In this document: positions 57,467 to 64,000 of the stretch, piece by piece
How positions within the stretch are numbered: position 1 is the stretch's first letter
Layout of the letters: every line of letters begins with the position of its first letter
Assembly (NCBI GenBank): GCA_964016885.1
Contig: OZ024741.1
Coordinates: 119,908,001-119,972,000, forward strand
DNA length: 64,000 nt
Direction of reading: 5' to 3'
DNA from: Eledone cirrhosa
Taxonomy: Eukaryota
Made by a program: the position numbers and the translations under genes
Notes under the pieces: model-generated
The model's database searches: none
Seen by the model: the letters and a program-made list of their open reading frames with translations, nothing else
What the model was told of the DNA's origin: nothing

Positions 57467-58057
57467 TCTATATATATAAAACTCAGGATGTCTGTCTGTG
57501 TGTGTGTGTGAGTTTGAATCCCTAAAACTCGAGAAGCACCCAACCGACTGTTTTCAAACTTTACACATGTAATACTTATGTTTCAGGGAATGTTCTGACA
57601 AAATAAATTTCAAATTTTCTATGCCCTAGGGACCGCATTAGGCGATTTAGCGATCTCTCTCTATAATTCTTAGTCTTTCTCATTTTAGATAGATACATAC
57701 ATATAACGTCGCGCTCTTATAATATATGTCTGTATGTCTGCCTGTCTGCTTTACGTCACTTCCCACAATTCCATCTGCGTCCAGAACGCGCCCTTATAAT
57801 ATCTGTTTGTATGTCTGGCTCTCTGCTGCCTCCGGTTATTCCGCCACCCTTGCTCAAGACAAATATCACACTCATTCCCCAAACAGTTGGTAAGTGCACA
57901 ACTTCTTCCTCACGTTTTAAGCCACAGTGTTACTTACTTACGTACCACCAGACCCTTACTTCTTTGCTAGCCGTGGTTGTGGCAATACTAAGTTTAGCTA
58001 AGGCGGTTAAACATTTCACAATACCTTATCCTGTGCAACGCCGGCTACCACTGCTAG
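57467..58057 (+). mobile_element. Non-autonomous Helitron (same family as 42551-43451)
   Basis: A|TCTATATATATAAAAC start and ...gtgcaacgccggctaccactgCTAG|T end. Confidence 0.85.
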
Positions 58058-58276
58058 TATATAATATTTGAGTGAGTGTATATGTGTTTCTGTATGTTTA
58101 TTTAGAAAGATACATAGACAATTATAATTACAGACACACATGCATTTATACATACATATATACAGACATACTTAGAAAAGATAATTATTACATGCACACA
58201 CAAAGTACAAAGTATAGAAAACAGTGAACAGCGCTCGCTACACCTGTGTTACTCATACATATAAATGTATACATAT

Positions 58277-58372
<96 letters not shown>

Positions 58373-58929
58373 GTATATCTTTGTGCAGATGTGTATGTAT
58401 GTAATAATTATTTTTAACCAGCGTTCTTTCAGTAACTAAAATCAAATGTATTCAAATACGATGATTGATGTCACATCTCAAAATAAAACCCTTAGATAAC
58501 ATTAAGAAGTGTATTAACTTGAATTACCATCCATATTCTATCTGTTTTGTTAAACATATTTATTACAATCGCACACATGTACACAAACATATACATATAC
58601 AATCTCATTAGAGAAAATAATTATTATCTGAGTGTATCAAGAATATAAAACGACCGCAGTTGAAAGGTATATTATAAATACGCATCTACCCTTAATTTAA
58701 CAGTTAATGCATGTGCTTAATTTATTTATATTAAGGAATGTCTAATAAATTTTGAATAGGGAGTTTTTACATCAACTATAAGTCACGGTCTGCTTTTTGT
58801 GGCTTTAAGTCGTACGTGTTTAGGTTGGTTTCAGTAACGGAGAGCGTAATTGAAAGGAAACGTCGTTTAGCAAAAGACAGAGGAATAGAAGACAAGCCTC
58901 TCAGCTGAAAGATCAGCTGCCATCAGAAA

Positions 58930-60345
58930 CCAAGACAGAATTCGACAAACACGTCGCCGTGGAAAGGCTGCGCCTCATTGACGCTCACCCCGCGCTCTTC
59001 CTCTTGAGGAATTGTTTCGCCCTCTCCAAACTCACATTCACGCTGCGCGGTGCACCTTGCCCCGCAGATATTCTCGGGGAATTTGACGCCACCATTCGAC
59101 GCTGTGCGGAACTCATCTGCAATGTCAGTTTCGACAGCGTAGGCTGGCAAAAGGCGACACCCCCAGCGAGGTCCGGTGGCCTCGGCCTCCAATCAGCTTC
59201 GGACCTAGCTTTACCTGCCTACCTCCCCTCTATCTCTCTCGTCGCGCTCTTGTCAGCGAGGTTCTCAGCCAGACGGCCGAACCTGACCTTGCCCCCGAGA
59301 TGGAACAGGCTCTGGCCTACTGGACAGGCGAAGGCTTTTCTATTCGCCAGTATACTGCAGTCCAACGTAGCTGGGACGACATCAATTGCAGGTCCTCTGT
59401 CAGGTGAATCGAGTCCGACTTGGACCAACACCACCTCGCCTGCCTCCGCTTCTCTTCTCAGCTCAACAGCGGCACATGACTCAATTTGGTACCCAACTTG
59501 ATGATGAGGGCACTCGCATCGGAATAGCCCAACGCCTTTGCCTCCGCGTGTGTGAGCCTCATAAATACCGCTGCGGGGCGATTGTTGACAAGTTCGGCCT
59601 GTACCCTTTGTCTTGCCACCAGAGCGCAGGCCGATTCCCCCGACCCGCCGCTCTCAACAACATATTGAGAAGAAGCCTGGAGCCAGCAAGCCTAGTTCGC
59701 AGAGTTGGCAAGAGCCCAGACGTAATCACCCTCTTCCCATTCGAAGGAGATAGAGCCCTCATCTGGGACGCCACCTGCTGCGACACGTTCTCCGCCTCCA
59801 ACTTAGTCATTTCGGCCACAAACCGCAGCTCGCAGCCCGCCTCGCAAAAGAGCGTAAAATAAATAAATACCGGGGTTTGTCCGGCCGCTTCCTCTTCGCA
59901 CAGGTCGTCCTCGAGACCTCAGACGTACTTGGATCCCGTACTGCCGACGCTCCTCCGCAAAATCGGAGCGTCGGAGGCCCGTCTGACGAGGGAGCCCCGA
60001 GAGGTTGGATGGCTGCTGCAGCGGGTGTCACTGGCCATCGTCCGCCGGAATGCTATTGCCGTCTTGTCCGCCGGGCGCAGTACTTCTGCCCTCTTGCCCT
60101 AGGCCCAAAACCTAATCCACCTCACTTGCTCTTGCCATCCCCTCCCTTTCGTGTCCTTTTTCTTCTACATTTCTCTCTTCTTTTTTTTCTATATTTCCCT
60201 ATTTTTATTTTTTATTACTTTTAAGCTTGAAATAAGTAAATCATTTGTTCTATTGTGTATTACGTGATTTCACTCTCATAAAAGTTGTGATTATATGTAC
60301 AATATGTTTTTATTAATAAATTAAAATTTTATTCCGTTAAAAAAT
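58930..60345 (+). mobile_element. CRE-like non-LTR retrotransposon 3' fragment (post-RT region and restriction-like endonuclease)
   Basis: GC-rich island. HPALFLLRNCFA..P.R.GGLGL, HKYRCGAIVDKFGLYPLSC, EPASLVRRVGKSPDVITLFP..LIWDATCCDT. A-rich end. Confidence 0.75.
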
Positions 60346-60476
60346 GAAACTGATTTTGAAACTGATGCAAGGAATATCAGAGAGAAAGAGTTTCGCAAAG
60401 GATTGCAAACGAAACAGAAGAGACTATTCAAAGACGGCAAAGGAATACCAATGTAATGAGAGCTGCCCTGGGTAAT

Positions 60477-60858
60477 TTTGGCACAAGGCCAGCAATTACC
60501 CAGTGTATTCCTGTTACTTTATTTTATCGACCCCGTAAGGATGAAAGGCAAAGTTAGCCTCGGCGGGATTTGAACTCAGACCATAAAGGGACGTAACTAT
60601 GCTCGAAAGCATGGCGTCCGACCCTCTACCGATACTGCCAATCCACCAACCTTATTATATATATTATTTTATACCTAATAATTGTTTCTACTTTAGGCAC
60701 AAGGCCAGCAATTACCCAGTGCATTACTGGTACTTTATTTTATCGACCCCGTAAGGATGAAAGGCAAAGTCAACCTCGGCGGGATTTGAACTCAGATCGT
60801 AAAGGGACGTAACTATGCTGGAAAGCATGGCGTCCGACCCTCCACCGATACTGTCAAT
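60477..60858 (-). mobile_element. Two tandem SINE family 1 copies (60477-60650, 60679-60858)
   Basis: Two adjacent reverse-complement copies of head and core. Confidence 0.8.
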
Positions 60859-60899
60859 AAAACAGAATTCAGACTCCAATTGTTAGTTTTGCTCAGGAA

Positions 60900-61740
60900 A
60901 ACATTTTTCTGCAGAGAAACCATCAGATGGACGTTTTAATAATTGTTGTCACGAAGGCAAAATTTTAAGTCCTATCAGAAGAGAATTTCCACCATATTTA
61001 GTTTCATTGCTATTCGATCAAAACCATCTTCATTATAGGAATTTCGGTCATATAATTTATCACTATGATTCGCTTCGATTTGTGCTCAAGTGCAGAATCC
61101 ACCAGGATAAGGCCCATTTTGTTTCCGCGTGCATGGACAAATTTACCACAGAACTTCCCATATTCATTCAAATGAAGGCAAACAAAGACAATAAGCTCAG
61201 CTTTATATTGTACACAGTGTCCAAGCAACAGATATAAGAGCTCAGAATCACGCCAATTCAGGCTGCCTCGAAGAAGTTCTCGAAAATTTGGATAATATTA
61301 TTGGTAAAGATAATGTGTATGCTCAGCAAACACTTCGTGAAATTGAAGTACAACAAGAACAGCGTGCTCAAGAAAAAAACATTGATATGCTAAGCGTGAA
61401 CTTAGTATTCAACAGAGATCGTAACACCGACAGAAGGAGGTACAATTTGCCAATAGAACTTGCTGACCATTTAGCCAATGCAGTAAATACTGAAGATGCT
61501 CGAATCGGGCGGACTGTCATTCTTCCATCATCATTTCAAGGATTAGCAAGAAATATGAGAGAACGGTACCAAGATGCATTAGTAAGTTGAGGAAATTTGG
61601 TCCACTCGATATATTTCTTATGACATGCAACCCTAATTAGCCCGAGATACAAAACAACCTTTTCCCAGGTCAAACAGCCTCCAGTAGACCAGATTTAGTG
61701 GCTCGGGTGTTCAATATTAAGTTGCAGGAACTAACGAAAG
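60900..61740 (+). mobile_element. Helitron Rep-domain fragment
   Basis: IGRTVILPSSFQGLARNMRERYQDAL; MTCNPN*PEI..RPDLVARVFNIKL. Confidence 0.8.
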
Positions 61741-61957
61741 GTATGGGAAATATATTAAAATGCGTAAACCCACCTTTATAACTATATAACAGCTGTACAG
61801 AATCAGAGAGAATGTTTCACCATGAACAGTGTAAGAATCAAATCGTCTCAGGGATCTTTAGCAGGTGTAAAGATGATATGTCCCACACTTCTAAATAAAC
61901 ATCAGATAACTGAATTGTCGCACGTGGAAAGAGAAGGAAATTGCGTCCACCCCGAGC

Positions 61958-62300
61958 AAGAAGAAGAAGAAGAAGAAGAAGAAGAAGAAGAAGAAGAAGA
62001 GTCTAGAGGGTATTAATGGTAAAGCGTTCTTCCCTGAATCACCTCCATCTCCATGAATTTTATAATGTTTCTTAAGGCCACTAGGTGATTTGCATCTTTT
62101 TTGACAGAACTGACATATAAAGTCTGTGTTCAATTTATTTGCAAATTGGTTTATATTGTGTGACATTAAATGGGATTTCTGACCAGCATTTAATAAGCAT
62201 ACTCTATCACAATGTGAACAAAGGAAAAGTCTATAATCATTATTTCCAGCAAGGGACGATATGTCCTGTTTTCGTGCAGCCCTTTTGAGCACAGAATATC
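61958..62300 (-). mobile_element. 3' end of an RTE-like LINE with C2H2-like zinc fingers and (TTC)n tail
   Basis: [17 protein letters not shown] and CQFCQKRCKSPSGLKKHYKIH followed by a trinucleotide tail. Confidence 0.5.
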
Positions 62301-63337
62301 TGTGTGTGTGTGTGTGTGCGTGCGTATGTGTGTGTGTGTGTGTGTGCGTGCGTGCGTATGTATGTGGGGGGGGGGAGGGTATGTGTGTCTGTGTCTGTGT
62401 CTGTGTGTGTCTGTGTATGTGTCTGTGTGTGCGTGTGTGTTTATATGCAGGCATAAATAATATACATGCATTGGGTGTTTCCAGGTGAAGAGAATCCAGC
62501 ATATTGAATCGAACGACTATAATTAAGCTATGCAAAACTTATTTGTGATGTCCCGCATTTCATTTTGTTTGGATTACATTTTTTCATTATTTATATTAAT
62601 GTCATCTTTGACGTCATCAAACACTGCGATATCCTGTGTTATTTCTGGAGAGATCTTGTTCAGTTTTTCAGTATGTGTAGTGTCGTATTGTCCAAGCAAC
62701 ATTACAATTCGTGTTCCGTCTTCAATAATGTTGATAGATAAAAATTTAATAATCGTGTTCTTTAACATAGAAGGAATACAAGAATAAAGATCTCTCTTTG
62801 TTTATTAAAATATTGATATCAGTGCTGGTTATGGTAGTGTAGTGAATCCAATGTATTTTATCATTTTAATACTTGCATTTTTATAGAATTGATCCAACAA
62901 TACAATTGATCCAATAATGTTGCAATAATGTTCTTATCAATGGGAGAAAAACAGCTGACAAAATGGTATTTGACAGAATTGAAAAAACAAAAACAGAAGT
63001 GATAGAAGTATATAGTTTAAAATATTGGAATTCTTAATTTTGTCCCACAACAAAATTATGGATGGCAAAATATTTAACTGAATTCTATGAAATAACTGTT
63101 TCGAATTGAGAAAGAAGCAAATATAGAATAAATGGAATTTCTGCAGAAATGAAACTTTCCAGTAATAAATATATATAGAGAATTTATTTATACATATGTT
63201 TATATGATAAAACAGTTAACATTTATAAATATACACCCTGTGTATCATCACATCACCAAGGTGATATTTATTGTTATTAGGATTTAATCTTATTAAAAAT
63301 AATAGAAATTGATTTCTACTGAATAACATTTGCAGTA

Positions 63338-64000
63338 TTATTGAACCGAAATGTTTGTTGATATTTGAGATGATACTGTTTTACCGGAAGTTGAAGATAC
63401 TTTAGTAGATTTAGTGGTAGACCATTGTGAAATCACATCTAACTTCTTCAGTAAACTACGGTAGACAATCTTTGTTAGAAGAAACGATAAACAAATAATG
63501 AAACCAATAAAGGAGTTTAAAATACAAAACAGCAGAGAAAATTTTTCAATTTTTGTAAAGGTATATAGGAATGCGAATATCCATGTTAATCCCATGACAA
63601 AGCTTAGTTTTATGTATATGAAGAATTCATTTTTATTATGTTTAGATACAAATTTTGCAGAATATAGCCCTCTTGCGATGAAGATAAATGCAGTTATATT
63701 AAGACATAATATAACCATTACCGGAATTGCAAAGAGGTACAAAAGACCTTTTCCATTTGTAATCCAACAAATACCCTTGCCATATTCTGGAGATATTCCA
63801 TGATTTCCTGGTAAGTATTCAAATAAAAGTGACACTGCTACTATTACAAATGGAGAAATCCAAGCATATAAAGAATACAATATAAATCTCTTGCTACCCT
63901 TTCCTCTACTGCGAAGTTGTGTAAGTCCTGAGAAAGTGTACCAGGCATCAAATGACATGACATTCATCCAGAAGAAAGCAGATAGAAAGGTATAATGAAT
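63338..64000 (-). CDS. Mth-like class B3 GPCR paralog (GPCR3), 3' part; continues beyond the window
   Basis: Open frame from the window edge (IHYTFLSAFFWMNVMSFD...ISTNISVQ*), nearly identical to GPCR2 TM3 to C-terminus. The 3' UTR 63067-63337 is homologous to 32438-32707. Confidence 0.88.
   Translation of the reverse strand: MHYTFLSAFFWMNVMSFDAWYTFSGLTQLRSRGKGSKRFILYSLYAWISPFVIVAVSLLFEYLPGNHGISPEYGKGICWITNGKGLLYLFAIPVMVILCLNITAFIFIARGLYSAKFVSKHNKNEFFIYIKLSFVMGLTWIFAFLYTFTKIEKFSLLFCILNSFIGFIICLSFLLTKIVYRSLLKKLDVISQWSTTKSTKVSSTSGKTVSSQISTNISVQ

Overview
AT-rich, microsatellite-saturated eukaryotic DNA, most likely from an octopus or other coleoid cephalopod (inferred from SINE types, repeat landscape and GPCR family). 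The host genes form a cluster of single-coding-exon class B3 (Methuselah-like, 7tm_2) GPCRs with Cys-rich somatomedin-B-like ectodomains: 10218-12197 (+); 32708-35350 (-), which has a tandemly duplicated ectodomain; 63338->64000 (-), cut by the window edge; and a pseudogene fragment near 31.5-31.8 kb. The rest is mostly transposon-derived: Tx1/L1, RTE and CRE-like LINE fragments, Penelope-like elements (PLEs; a near-full-length copy and Naiad-like GIY-YIG fragments), Helitron fragments and tRNA-derived SINEs. The most striking unannotated signal, read by eye, is about 20 type-I hammerhead ribozyme (HHR) motifs from about 10 unrelated sequence families. Almost all lie in short non-coding elements embedded in (TA)n tracts, arranged either as hairpin-plus-tail (inverted pLTR-like) or as partial tandem repeats (retrozyme-like). 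They include a 593-nt unit bounded by two HHRs with a compensatory U3:A8 core, and a 5.5-kb inverted repeat made largely of microsatellite with an HHR in each arm. Ribozyme calls are manual motif and base-pairing readings and have not been computationally or experimentally verified.
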